Source: Histomonas meleagridis 2922-C6/04-290x | Taxonomy: Eukaryota; Protista; Parabasalia | NCBI GenBank assembly: GCA_020184695.1 | Contig: JAANOX010000231.1 | Coordinates: 248,001-312,000, forward strand | Reading direction: 5' to 3' | DNA length: 64,000 nucleotides | Shown here: piece after piece, positions 43,856-55,624 of the stretch | Position numbering within the stretch: the stretch's first letter is position 1 | How the letters are laid out: the number at the start of each line of letters is the position of its first letter | The notes under the pieces: generated by a model | What the model was told of the DNA's origin: nothing | Seen by the model: only the letters and a program-made list of their open reading frames with translations | Database searches by the model: none | Program-made: the position numbers and the translations under genes

Positions 43856-45181
43856 TTAATACGTAACATACACAGGGTTCTCGGGGTATATTTGATTCAG
43901 CAAGCTTTCGCCTGCCTCTCTCAGCTCTCCATCGTCACTCGCGCGAAGCATCTCGAGCCATTCGATGAATTCGCTGTTTTCGCTGAGGAACAGTCTCAAT
44001 TTATCGATTATGTCCGGCTTTCCGTTTGCGAATCCCTTTCTTATGATTCGGAGTGCCCATCTAATGTCTATTTCATCAATGATGTTGACACTGTCAACAA
44101 TGATTGTGTAACATCCTTGCTGATAAAGACACCAATATAACATTGGCGATGCTAAAGCCATCGATATGATACAAAAATGAACAACTGACTTAAGTAATCC
44201 TGCATTAGAATTATTATAAAAAATGTCAATGATGTCAATGGTAAGTTGTGCATCATATATCATGCCAATGGCCTCTGGAATGTAAAATGAAAGGTCAGAA
44301 AGTAAATCTATCGCTTTAGAAATCAGAAGATCTTGATATTCATCATTGAGGAAAAAATGAACAAACTCAATGACCTGATTATCAAGTAAGTATCGAGCTG
44401 ATTCTTCGTTGAAGTTGCATATAAAAATTAACATATCAAATAATGATAATAAATAATCTTCATTGTTCGTTTGTAACTCAATAAATGGTTTTAGCATATC
44501 AAAGTGTAAAAAAGCTAAAACAAAATTGTCATTAGAGCCTAATAAGTGTAGAAAAGAACGAATAATATTGAAGCAACTTTGATCGTCACTCAGATAATTG
44601 AGAAGCTGTTGAAAAAGTGTAAATATTTTTTGACCGTTAACTTGTTCATATTCGATTTTTTTGTTAACCAAGGAAAAGCAAAGACGTGCAAGAACATATG
44701 GAGGTGTTTCTGTCTCGAACATACTTTGAATATGTTCAATGTACCCATTCTCAATCAAAATTGAGCGATATTTTCCATTTGAAGATGATAATAAGTAAAA
44801 CAAGGAAAGAAGTTCTGGTGAATAATTTTGAAACATAAAATCAAGAAAACCATTTTCTACAAGTGTATCTTGCATTACTGACTCGAATTTAATAATATTT
44901 TTTAATACATTTATTGTTTTTTGTTTAATTGGATCATCATAGTTTTGTAATAAATTCATTAAGCGAATCAAGATTTTATCTTCAAACATATATTCGATGG
45001 TTTTAAATGTTTCGATAAACCAATCAAGTGACTCTTCGATTATTTGAAGATCTTCTGAAAAGAGCATTTCAGTATATTCTCCAAGATTATCAACTATGTA
45101 CTCGAATAGTTCTGTTTGTTCATCGTCTGTTGGAAGTTTTCTGTTTTTATCGACAGGATTTTTTTTGTAAGCAGCATCCAT
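43856..45181 (-). CDS. ARM/HEAT-repeat helical protein
   Basis: 441-aa ORF of amphipathic helical repeats (LIRLMNLL...KQKTINVLKNI, KAIDLLSDL). Confidence 0.7.
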   Translation of the reverse strand: MDAAYKKNPVDKNRKLPTDDEQTELFEYIVDNLGEYTEMLFSEDLQIIEESLDWFIETFKTIEYMFEDKILIRLMNLLQNYDDPIKQKTINVLKNIIKFESVMQDTLVENGFLDFMFQNYSPELLSLFYLLSSSNGKYRSILIENGYIEHIQSMFETETPPYVLARLCFSLVNKKIEYEQVNGQKIFTLFQQLLNYLSDDQSCFNIIRSFLHLLGSNDNFVLAFLHFDMLKPFIELQTNNEDYLLSLFDMLIFICNFNEESARYLLDNQVIEFVHFFLNDEYQDLLISKAIDLLSDLSFYIPEAIGMIYDAQLTIDIIDIFYNNSNAGLLKSVVHFCIISMALASPMLYWCLYQQGCYTIIVDSVNIIDEIDIRWALRIIRKGFANGKPDIIDKLRLFLSENSEFIEWLEMLRASDDGELREAGESLLNQIYPENPVYVTY

Positions 45182-45191
45182 TCCAACCTAA

Positions 45192-45722
45192 TTGAATAAC
45201 TTTGTTTGCTTTAGGTTTTCCAAAAGTGGCATTGTTCATAAACCCAGATTTCTTAGAAACCAACATTCAAAAATTCAATGCATTTGTCCGGCCATTGCAT
45301 TGAAATATACGGTTTTGTTTGGTCTTTCCCAACAAGGCTTCCAGACGAATTTTGACCCTAACGATCCGTCTTTCGTCCGGATTCTTGAGCTTCGCACTGA
45401 AGAAAGGCGGCTTGAGAACCAAAGGGAAACATATGAATTAATAAAAGAAGAAGATACTTATAATGTTGCTCTTCATTATCCAACACACTATTTCATCGAA
45501 GCAGGAGAAGAGTTAAACCACGATTCTATATCACGTGTTTTCGATCCTGAAAAAATTGCTCCAAATCAATTATCTTATGCAACCTCAGATGTTATCAAGT
45601 TAACACAAGTCCATGATATTTTAAAAGCAACCAAGGAAGAGTATACAGAAAGCATAAAGAAAAATGAAGAATTATCAGAACAATATTCAACATTTTTTAA
45701 AACAGTATTTTCTGAAAAATAA
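45192..45722 (+). CDS. Hypothetical coiled-coil protein; the frame has no in-frame ATG
   Basis: The 3' two-thirds looks strongly coding (ELRTEERRLENQRETY) and ends in TAA. The start is unresolved. Confidence 0.4.
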   Translation: MNNFVCFRFSKSGIVHKPRFLRNQHSKIQCICPAIALKYTVLFGLSQQGFQTNFDPNDPSFVRILELRTEERRLENQRETYELIKEEDTYNVALHYPTHYFIEAGEELNHDSISRVFDPEKIAPNQLSYATSDVIKLTQVHDILKATKEEYTESIKKNEELSEQYSTFFKTVFSEK

Positions 45723-46105
45723 ACTCAAAAGCATTGAAGGAAAAAATCTTATTCGTATGTTTTTCACATAGTGCAGTAATAATTTTGTACTTACCAACAC
45801 TATATCAAAAAATATATTCCAACATGTGAATGCCTTCGATATTCACTCTTTCTTTTCGCTCAAAGGCAGTGGCTTTACAAAACTTATCACAGCTGATCAT
45901 CCCTTTCAAAACCCCGGCCACGCCATTGACACAGTTTTACTCACAATTCACCCATGCCCTCATTCAAAATTGTCCATTCAAAATTCAGACGAAGCCAACC
46001 ATGCATCGACTTTTTGATAGAGTGGGTAAAAAATTGAATGGCGACGGTTTTTTGCGTTTTGGCCGTGTGTTTTATGGGTTTTCATATCATTTATCCTAAA
46101 GACAG

Positions 46106-46735
46106 ATGGGAAAAACATACATTATTGGAGTCGCTGGAGGAACAGCATCCGGCAAAACAACAATTGTCGAGAAGATCAAAAAGGTATTCCAAAATGACAT
46201 CGAAGTTCTTAACCATGATTGTTATTATCTTGCGCATAATGACATGCCTCTTGAAGAGAGAAAGAAACTTAACTATGATCATCCGAATTCATTTGATACC
46301 GAAAGATTCATAAAAGATATCAAAGAATTGAAAAGTGGTAAAATTATCCAAAGGCCTGTATATGACTATTGCATTCATAATCGCTCGTCCGAAACTGTAA
46401 CAGTTTGTCCGAAGCGAGTGATAATCGTCGAAGGAATTCTTGTTCTTGAAAATCCGAAACTTCGCGATCTAATGGACATAAAGATATTCGTCGACACCGA
46501 CGCTGACATCAGACTGATGAGGAGAATCAGTCGTGACATGAAAGAGCGAAATCGTAGTCTCGATTCGATCATCTCACAATACTCGGAAACTGTGAAGCCA
46601 ATGCACGAACAGTTTGTGGAGCCAACAAAGAAGTACGCAGACATTATCATCCCAAGAGGAGGACACAACAAGCCTGCAATCAGCTTGATGATTCAGCATA
46701 TCAAAAATGTAATAGAAAATGATACAAATCAATAA
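46106..46735 (+). CDS. udk: Uridine kinase, bacterial type
   Basis: IIGVAGGTASGKTT P-loop, HDCYY, NYDHPNSFD, VIIVEGIL, KIFVDTDAD and PTKKYADIIIP. Confidence 0.95.
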   Translation: MGKTYIIGVAGGTASGKTTIVEKIKKVFQNDIEVLNHDCYYLAHNDMPLEERKKLNYDHPNSFDTERFIKDIKELKSGKIIQRPVYDYCIHNRSSETVTVCPKRVIIVEGILVLENPKLRDLMDIKIFVDTDADIRLMRRISRDMKERNRSLDSIISQYSETVKPMHEQFVEPTKKYADIIIPRGGHNKPAISLMIQHIKNVIENDTNQ

Positions 46736-47223
46736 ATGATATCACAAACTATATTCACAAAGCAGTTCGTTTTTGCATATGAATAAATGCATCGCTGTCA
46801 CTGCTTTCGTTTGTGATACTTTTGGTAAACTTATTAAACGTTTGTAAGTAAACGGATTTCGAATAAACGTTTCTCTTGAGGAATGACAAAGGATTATTCC
46901 GATGGATGAACTTCTCTGAAAATGCTAATTAGCATCTTATAATTTATTTATTATTTTGATATGTGTACAAATTAAAATTTCATGAAATTTGTTACAGAGT
47001 TTGATACTAACTAATTAATAATTACAAAATTTGTATAAATAATTATTGACGTGAATTTATTTAACGATACGTGATTCGAAAGATTATACATGCTAAAATA
47101 TTACAGCTTGAAATGGCATCTCACCAAATGACGAAAAAAAGAGCATTTCAAAATGCCATTCAAAAATTGTGCTGAAATAAATTTGTCATGATAATTGTGA
47201 GAAAAAAGTGTAATAGAAATAAC

Positions 47224-50200
47224 ATGGGAGAAGATTCCGTTTTATCACAGAAAGAAATCAAAGGAATTCAATTTGCAGCGCCTCCTGTTATGTCAGTTAG
47301 CTCAGATGATTATTTTCTTTTCCTTTATTCAGATGGTTCAATTCATACATTTGATTCAAATTCTCTTAAAACTTCAACCTTACCACCTCATTCAAAGTCT
47401 GTTTCTGCTAGTTCAGTTACAACAATTGCGGTAAATCCACCACATACACTTGCTGCTATCGGTCTTGATGATGGAACTTTACTATTTTATGATCTTGTAG
47501 ATTCAAAGATGCTCAAAAAGATGGCAAAAGCTGCAAAAGGTGCTGTTATGTACTCATTATTTTTAGGTGATTTTACATATTTATGTTATGATATATCAGG
47601 AAATGTTACTGTATATAAGATTTCCATATCCAAACTTGGTGCTTCAATTTCATTTTTAGGCTCTGCTATTACTATTAAAGAATCTATATCAATTACAATT
47701 GATCAACACATTTATCAAATATCAGCGCCAATGATATTCCATTCCATATGTATACCACAAAAGATTACGCAAAACTCAAAATGTGATTCGGAAGCGTTTT
47801 CGAATATTGTTGGTATTTCTACAGAAAATTCATTTCTTCTCACGAATTTTTCAACCGAGTTTAAAGTCATTACAGAGCAACAAATATCTAACTCATTAAT
47901 AGCCTTTTCTCCAGTAGTCGAAGATGTCATTTATTATGCGTTAGCCAATGAATCTCAATTGATAATTTATTCTCTTGATTCAACTAATTTCCAATCAACT
48001 GAGTTATATAGCCAAGACAGCTCAAAGCGGCCAGTCTTTTTAACCTTTATTTCACCTTTTATTTTGTCAATAATTTATGAAGATAATTCATGTTTGTTAC
48101 TTTGGTTCAAAGAATTCTACAAAGTTGAAACCACCATACCATTCCAAGGTACGTTTTTACATGGCGTTTCTAATTTCAGGATCATCACAAATGATAAAAT
48201 TTGGAAATTCTCATTATTTTCATTTGCGGAGAAAATTGAGATCTTCCAAGAAACTCATAACCATCATGGTGCCATTGAGTTTTGCAAGAAAGCTAAGAAC
48301 AATGAGCTTCATGGAATTGTTGGCCTTCCTCAAAACCCATCACAGAAGTCACTTTTCATTGAGCGTCAAATTTCGGTTATTCTCGAGCAAATGTTAAATG
48401 AAGAAATCAAGACATCTGATAAGAACAAAATCTCAGAATCAATTGATTTCTTAATCCAACTTTCTAAAGACTTATCAATGAGTGATTGGATTACATCTAA
48501 TGCAATTCGATATTTCAAATCGAGCGAATATTTAAAAATTTTCTTCGAACATATAATTAAAGGTGATCCAGATGCACAATTCTTTCATTACACAAAGAAC
48601 TTTGTTGATTTATTAATAGAGACATATCCTGACCCATCGATACGTGACTTCTTATTAAAGTTACCATCGAAAGCTGCTCCAACGACATCATTACTCAAGT
48701 ACTGTCTATCGTCCAAAGATTTGAACCTACTGAAGAACGTTTACATCGAACGTTTAAACGATCCCTTAACGTGCGTCAAGATCTTTGCCAACTCAAAGGA
48801 TTACGAAACCGTCAGCGATATTATACTTGATGTAATCTCGAATGATTTTAATACAAACAACAAAGCTAATAGTTTAATTGAATGGTTATTTTCATTTTCA
48901 GATGAATTCCGATTTACACATTTCCGTAATTTAATGGAATTAAATCATAATCAAACAATTCAAGTTGTCTTTAATTATGTTGAACGTAATCAACAACCGA
49001 TGACTTCCAAACAATTTATCAATGATTATATTTATATCTTAAATCTTAAACAAACGCCAACAAATGATCGATTATATAAATTGATGGAAAACTTTATATT
49101 AGAATCACAACCAATACTTATTGATTTATCACTTAAATATGTTTTACCTAAAATCTTTTCGAATGAATATACTGAACCTGATCAACGTGATGAAGTATTA
49201 TTAGTGATACTTAAGACAAGTTTAACACCAACACTTCAATCTAAACTTATACCATTTTGTGAAGAATATAACTTTAGTAAATCACGAAATTATTTATATG
49301 AGAACTCGAATAATTATGAACGTATTACACGGAGTTATTTATTATATGGTAACGATGATCCATTTTCATATATTATAAATGTATTACAACAAAATAATGA
49401 ACAATCTAAAGAAGGAATTAAGAAAGCGTTATTAACAAACGCAGTATTACTTATCACTAAAGATATTCATCAATATTTGAACATTATATTAAAGTATTTT
49501 CCAAATGATTTCCATAATGATTTAATCAAAACATTAAAAGATGAAACTATTTTAAATTATTATATTAAATCATTATTCGAAACATGTCCAAACCCATCAA
49601 TTAATTATAATGATTTAGATCTCAAAAATTATTTGGAATATCTTTGTAAATATTTCCCAGATGAAGTATATTCGTTTTTAATATCATTACGTGATATTGA
49701 CGTCGAATATTTAAAGTTATGTAAGAAGTATTGTATATTCGATGCATGTACTTACTTAAGTTATCGAGTTGGTGATGTCGATGAAAGTTATCATTATTTA
49801 TATGAATATTTCGAAACTAAATTAATGGATTTTGTTGAAGATAAAATTAATGACATTAATCCATTAATTCTATTTATTAATGATTTCTTAACAAAGTTTA
49901 AGATATTGGATTATGAAACTATAACATTATCAATCATTAAGTCATTCATATTACCATTATACGATTGTAAAAACAAAGAAAAGGTTTCAATATTATCGGA
50001 AACATTAAGAAAGATTTGTAGCATAGCTATAGATTATGTACCATTTAATTTAATACTTAAAACAATTATAATCGAATTCGCTCCTTTTAACGTCGATACA
50101 ATTCGTAGTTCGTTATGCGGTATCATTAATGACTTTAATTATGATATCGATACAACGAAATCACTTGCAAACTTGTTTAGAAACGACGAAAGAAAATCTC

Positions 50201-50547
50201 AAGAAAAATATATATTGCAATCAATTTCGGGTACAAAGTTCTACGACGGAAAATGCGGTACATGCCATAGATCGTTGACAAGTGGTTCGTCATTAGTAAA
50301 CATATTCTCATGCGGACACGCGTTCCATGCCAACAAAGATTGCCTGCCGAAGCAAATGTGCCCGATCTGTAACCCAGAAATTAAGTTGGACCACGAAGTT
50401 ACACCGCCGTCTGCAACAATCGGGCAAATGGAAGTGATGAGGAAGTTGAGGAAATTCGAGTTCTGCTTGAATAGCAAAAATATTGTCAATAATACGATGC
50501 AAAAGAAAGGAAATATTGCAATATCTGGAAATATGTCTTTGATTTAG
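47224..50547 (+). CDS. Vps8-like (CORVET/HOPS) protein: WD40 propeller, alpha-solenoid and C-terminal RING
   Basis: VTTIAVNP...AAIGLDDG propeller, a long solenoid, and CGTCH...CGHAFH...C...CPIC RING-H2. The likely start is MGEDS. Confidence 0.7.
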   Translation: MGEDSVLSQKEIKGIQFAAPPVMSVSSDDYFLFLYSDGSIHTFDSNSLKTSTLPPHSKSVSASSVTTIAVNPPHTLAAIGLDDGTLLFYDLVDSKMLKKMAKAAKGAVMYSLFLGDFTYLCYDISGNVTVYKISISKLGASISFLGSAITIKESISITIDQHIYQISAPMIFHSICIPQKITQNSKCDSEAFSNIVGISTENSFLLTNFSTEFKVITEQQISNSLIAFSPVVEDVIYYALANESQLIIYSLDSTNFQSTELYSQDSSKRPVFLTFISPFILSIIYEDNSCLLLWFKEFYKVETTIPFQGTFLHGVSNFRIITNDKIWKFSLFSFAEKIEIFQETHNHHGAIEFCKKAKNNELHGIVGLPQNPSQKSLFIERQISVILEQMLNEEIKTSDKNKISESIDFLIQLSKDLSMSDWITSNAIRYFKSSEYLKIFFEHIIKGDPDAQFFHYTKNFVDLLIETYPDPSIRDFLLKLPSKAAPTTSLLKYCLSSKDLNLLKNVYIERLNDPLTCVKIFANSKDYETVSDIILDVISNDFNTNNKANSLIEWLFSFSDEFRFTHFRNLMELNHNQTIQVVFNYVERNQQPMTSKQFINDYIYILNLKQTPTNDRLYKLMENFILESQPILIDLSLKYVLPKIFSNEYTEPDQRDEVLLVILKTSLTPTLQSKLIPFCEEYNFSKSRNYLYENSNNYERITRSYLLYGNDDPFSYIINVLQQNNEQSKEGIKKALLTNAVLLITKDIHQYLNIILKYFPNDFHNDLIKTLKDETILNYYIKSLFETCPNPSINYNDLDLKNYLEYLCKYFPDEVYSFLISLRDIDVEYLKLCKKYCIFDACTYLSYRVGDVDESYHYLYEYFETKLMDFVEDKINDINPLILFINDFLTKFKILDYETITLSIIKSFILPLYDCKNKEKVSILSETLRKICSIAIDYVPFNLILKTIIIEFAPFNVDTIRSSLCGIINDFNYDIDTTKSLANLFRNDERKSQEKYILQSISGTKFYDGKCGTCHRSLTSGSSLVNIFSCGHAFHANKDCLPKQMCPICNPEIKLDHEVTPPSATIGQMEVMRKLRKFEFCLNSKNIVNNTMQKKGNIAISGNMSLI

Positions 50548-51401
50548 TTTAATTAAAAATGAATAAATTTGGAAATTTATTTGTTTTGAATGTTTTAGAT
50601 CTTCAAAAATATATAAATTTGTGGATGTAATTTAAGTTGATGGAAAAAAGCCATTTTTTGAGTGATACTTAGTAAATAAGGAAATAATTTCCAAGAAATA
50701 TAATTACATTGCCGCCATAATATAATTGAAGGAAGTATGTATTATAAAGCGTTATTTACAGATTTTGGATGAAAACTGAATTTCATAAATTTTGATTTTT
50801 TTTATCATCTTACAAAACGATTTTCCCAATCAAGTTTACAATATACATCATTTTTAACATTTTTTTCAAAAAATATCTCTTACGAAAATTTTATAATAAT
50901 TATGTAATTATGCAATTAATATCCTAACTATAACTAAAATCATATGTTTGATAAAAAAATGATAAAATATTATCATAATTAACATGATATATATGTCATA
51001 CTCATTTGAATGATAAGGATCAAAAACAACTGAATGAAACTTTTTCGCTGTATTCAAAAATTGTATTCAGTTCTGGGGTTAACTGTAGGCCATTCTTTGA
51101 CAAATGTTTGTCGTTAACGGTCGGATGTAGATCAAATTTTTCTGTATAAACAAAACAAAATTATAATTGTTGGGGTGGGACCGAAAAAAATCATCTTTAA
51201 TTTTCTTGTTATTTAGCCAATATTTTATATTATAGTTATGATATGATATTAACTGACAAGAGTATTTATTAAGTTTCCAAAATTAATGATTAATGATTAA
51301 TATTTTTGATAATATTCATAGATTAAATTTCTTATTCTGGTTCTCAAATTTTCAATACTTTGAACGTATAAAATTCAATTAACTTCGTATCGGCTTCCAA
51401 A

Positions 51402-54192
51402 ATGTTTTTACTCTTCGCTGCTTTCTGCTTATCAGAATATTACACGATAGATGCCGCAGAGGATGCCTATGACAATGGAATCGATGGATATGTCTACGAT
51501 GGAAATTATATACCAGATGATAATCTTGAAAATGAATACAATAAAGAATATGTAGATACATATGAAGAAAATGATTATGCATATGATGGGAGATACATCC
51601 CAGATATTGTTAATGAGTATTCAGTTAATGAACCAGAAGAAAATGGATATGCATACGACGGTACATATATTCCAGAAGATGTCAACGATTATGTAATTTT
51701 AGATGAATCAGAAGAGAATGGTTATGAATATGATGGCACATACATTCCAGAAGAAAACCTGGAAAACGAAGGAATCTTCTATGAAGACTTCAAAGAGTAT
51801 GTTGACACATATGAACCAGAAGAGAACGGATACGCATACGATGGCACATATGTTCCACAATATACCAAAGAGTATGTTGATGCATATGAAGCAGAAGAAA
51901 ACGGCTATGCATACGATGGCACATACATACCAGAGCAAAACAACGAATATGAAATTTTGGATGAACCAGAAGAAAACGGCTATGCATATGATGGCACATA
52001 CATTCCAGAGGAAAACCTTGAAAACGAAGGAATCTTCTATGAAGATGGCAAAGAATATGTAAACGCATATGAAGCAGAAGAGAACGGCTATGCATATGAT
52101 GGCACATATGTTCCACAATATACCAAAGAGTATGTTGATGCATATGAACCAGAAGAGAACGGCTATGCATACGATGGAACATACATACCAGAGCAAAAAC
52201 AACGAATATGAAATTTTTGGATGAACCAGAAGAAAACGGCTATGCATATGATGGCACATACATTCCAGAGGAAAACCTTGAAAACGAAGGAATCTTCTAT
52301 GAAGATGGCAAAGAATATGTAAACGCATATGAAGCAGAAGAGAACGGCTATGCATACGATGGCACATATGTTCCAGAAGAAAACGGATACGCATATGATG
52401 GCACATACATTCCAGAAGAAAACGGCTATGCATATGATGGCACATACATTCCAGAAGAAAACGGATACGCATATGATGGCACATATGTTCCAGAAGAAAA
52501 CGGCTATGCATATGATGGCACATATGTTCCAGAAGAAAACGGATACGCATATGATGGCACATATGTTCCAGAAGAAAACGGATACGCATATGATGGCACA
52601 TACATTCCAGAAGAAAACGGCTATGCATATGATGGCACATATGTTCCAGAAGAAAACGGATACGCATATGATGGCACATACATTCCAGAAGAAAACGGCT
52701 ATGCATATGATGGCACATACATTCCAGAAGAAAACGGATATGCATATGATGGCACATATGTTCCAGAAGAAAACGGATACGCATATGATGGCACATACAT
52801 TCCAGAAGAAAACGGCTATGCATATGATGGCACATATGTTCCAGAAGAAAACGGATATGCATATGATGGCACATACATTCCAGAAGAAAACGGCTATGCA
52901 TATGATGGCACATATGTTCCAGAAGAAAACGGATACGCATATGATGGCACATATGTTCCAGAAGAAAACGGCTATGCATATGATGGCACATACATTCCAG
53001 AAGAAAACGGATACGCATATGATGGCACATATGTTCCAGAAGAAAACGGATACGCATATGATGGCACATACATTCCAGAGGAAAACCTTGAAAACGAAGG
53101 AATCTTCTATGAAGATGGCAAAGAATATGTAAACGCATATGAAGCAGAAGAGAACGGCTATGCATACGATGGCACATACATTCCAGAGGAAAACCTTGAA
53201 AACGAAGGAATCTTCTATGAAGATGGCAAAGAATATGTAAACGCATATGAAGCAGAAGAGAACGGCTATGCATATGATGGCACATACATTCCAGAGGAAA
53301 ACCTTGAAAACGAAGGAATCTTCTATGAAGATGGCAAAGAATATGTAAACGCATATGAAGCAGAAGAGAACGGCTATGCATATGATGGCACATACATTCA
53401 GAGGAAAACCTTGAAAACGAAGGAATCTTCTATGAAGATGGCAAAGAATATGTAAACGCATATGAAGCAGAAGAGAACGGCTATGCATATGATGGCACAT
53501 ACATTCCAGAGGAAAACCTTGAAAACGAAGGAATCTTCTATGAAGATGGCAAAGAATATGTAAACGCATATGAAGCAGAAGAGAATGGCTATGCATATGA
53601 TGGCACATATGTTCCACAATATACCAAAGAGTATGTTGATGCATATGAACCAGAAGAGAACGGCTATGCATACGATGGAACATACATACCAGAGCAAAAC
53701 AACGAATATGAAATTTTGGATGAACCAGAAGAAAACGGCTATGCATATGATGGCACATACATTCCAGAGGAAAACCTTGAAAACGAAGGAATCTTCTATG
53801 AAGATGGCAAAGAATATGTAAACGCATATGAAGCAGAAGAGAACGGCTATGCATACGATGGCACATACATTCCAGAGGAAAACCTTGAAAACGAAGGAAT
53901 CTTCTATGAAGACTTCAAAGAGTATGTTGACACATATGAAGCAGAAGAGAACGGATACGCATATGACGGCACGTACATTCCAGAAGAGAACGGATACGCA
54001 TATGACGGCACGTACATTCCAGATGATAACAGCGCTGAAGCTGAATACGACGACAACGGCACATATAACATTGGCGATGCGCCTTCTTATGAACAAAACT
54101 CTGATAACGAAGTTACAGACAACAGCAATGAGCAATTTGAGTACGAAGACAATGGGATCTACGACATAGGCAATGCGCCTTCATATGAGTAA
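51402..54192 (+). CDS. Secreted Tyr/Glu/Asp-rich tandem-repeat protein of about 929 aa after correcting three homopolymer indels
   Basis: Signal MFLLFAAFCLS. ORFs 51402, 52208 and 53716 join if +1 (A-run near 52197), +1 (T-run near 52216) and -1 (near 53397) are corrected against the neighbouring repeat copies. Confidence 0.8.
51640..54020 (+). repeat. Nested coding tandem repeats: 39-bp core (PEENGYAYDGTY[I/V]), 108-bp units and higher-order blocks
   Basis: Nineteen consecutive 39-bp units at about 52337-53078, flanked by 36-aa units EENLENEGIFYEDGKEYVNAYEAEENGYAYDGTYIP. Confidence 0.95.
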
Positions 54193-54391
54193 ACTCTAAA
54201 ACGAGGTGACGTACTGAAATGTTTGACGTATTTTTTTAGTTTTTGACTTTTTTCAAAATCGAAATTTGGTTTCACCGATGTTAATTTTATCGGAAATTGT
54301 TACTTTAACTATTTGTCCAAGGCTAAAACAAATGATAAAACAGAAATTTAATTTTTAATTGTTCCTTTTCAATGAAAAGTGGCAGCTAATA

Positions 54392-55051
54392 ATGATTAAA
54401 AGTAACCCTTTAGCTCCTGGCTTCAAAGGAAATAACCAAACGTTTCGCAACCCCGGTCTACGAAATCACGCACACCAGACACATGGATCTACAACAAGAA
54501 ATATTCAATTCGAAACACTGGACAAAAATCTTGAGGCAATTATTAGCTTACCTGAAGGAGAAGATAAAATAGAATGGTTTGCTTACAACGTTTTTGACTT
54601 TCACAGACAAGTAACAATGCTTTTTTCTGCAGTAACTGAGTATTGTACAGTCGAAAATTGTCCTGTAATGACAGCAGGAAGTGGTTACAAATATTTATGG
54701 AGTGAACAAGGATCAAAGCCTTGTGAAGTATCTGCTCCTGAATACATAGCAAGACTTCTTAAATGGATTCAAAATCTTTTAGACGATGAAAACATTTTCC
54801 CATCAACACCAGGGGTTCCATTTAAAAACAACATTGAAAGCGTTATAAGAACCATAATGAAAAGACTTTTTCGTGTTTATGCTCATTTTTATTATCATCA
54901 CTTAAAACATTTCAAGATTTTGCAAATTGAAATTTACCTTAATACTTCATTCAAACACTTTATTTTGTTTAACAAACGATATCAACTTATTGAGCCGGCA
55001 TCTTTGGATCCTCTCAGAGACCTAGTCAACTTCATCACCAGAGAAAGTTGA
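54392..55051 (+). CDS. MOB1: MOB1/phocein family kinase activator
   Basis: ISLPEGEDKIEWFAYNVFDF, CTVENCPVMTAG, SAPEYI...LDDENIFPS and RLFRVYAHFYYHH. Confidence 0.93.
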   Translation: MIKSNPLAPGFKGNNQTFRNPGLRNHAHQTHGSTTRNIQFETLDKNLEAIISLPEGEDKIEWFAYNVFDFHRQVTMLFSAVTEYCTVENCPVMTAGSGYKYLWSEQGSKPCEVSAPEYIARLLKWIQNLLDDENIFPSTPGVPFKNNIESVIRTIMKRLFRVYAHFYYHHLKHFKILQIEIYLNTSFKHFILFNKRYQLIEPASLDPLRDLVNFITRES

Positions 55052-55624
55052 TGCATTAGTGTATTCCTAGTTGTAACTTTAAATAACATTTTTTGTTCGA
55101 AATGGAAAATGCAACAAATAAACGGTCGTTTGAGGAAAGATATCCTTTTTCTGGGAATACAGATAAGAAATCAAATAATTATGAAAAATATTAAATATAC
55201 ATAACAGATATTTTTTAATTTTTTATTAAAAAGAAAATTTTCTGATGTTTAATTTAATCAATTTGATTAAAAAAAATTCAAAATTTCCCTTTGGAATTGA
55301 CTTTTAAAAATAATACACAATGCTGAATATATTTTATGATGTTGTTTTAATAAATAAAGAAATATGAAATATCAATAAAATCGTATAGCAAAAAGTTATT
55401 AAATTTTTTGTTATTCATATGAAATATATTTTGTGTCTTCAAATACATCCTATGGAGATTTTTCATTATTTCTTTCTTTATTTTTTTGAATCACAAGATC
55501 ATTTAAGCGAAAAAACTTATTCTCGAACGATAGTAAAATGTTTAGCAGCGGTTTTTCGACACATCAGAGCCCTATTTAAAAACAAGACACTTTTGAATAA
55601 AACAAAGAATGTTCCAGAAAATTT

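Noticed and set aside
46880-46922. Possible compact C/D snoRNA (ATGACA...CCGA...GGATGA...CTGA)
   Set aside because: The C box is imperfect, there is no clear terminal stem, and I could identify no rRNA target.
52337-53078. 39-bp periodic array resembling CRISPR
   Set aside because: It has no unique spacers, the repeats are contiguous and in-frame coding, the context is eukaryotic, and there are no cas genes.
51703-54169. Long Cys/His/Met-rich ORFs on the minus strand and in alternate frames (e.g. 51708-53393, 52163-53866, 52329-53132)
   Set aside because: They are shadows of the stop-free tandem repeat; only the acidic frame has a signal peptide and unique ends.
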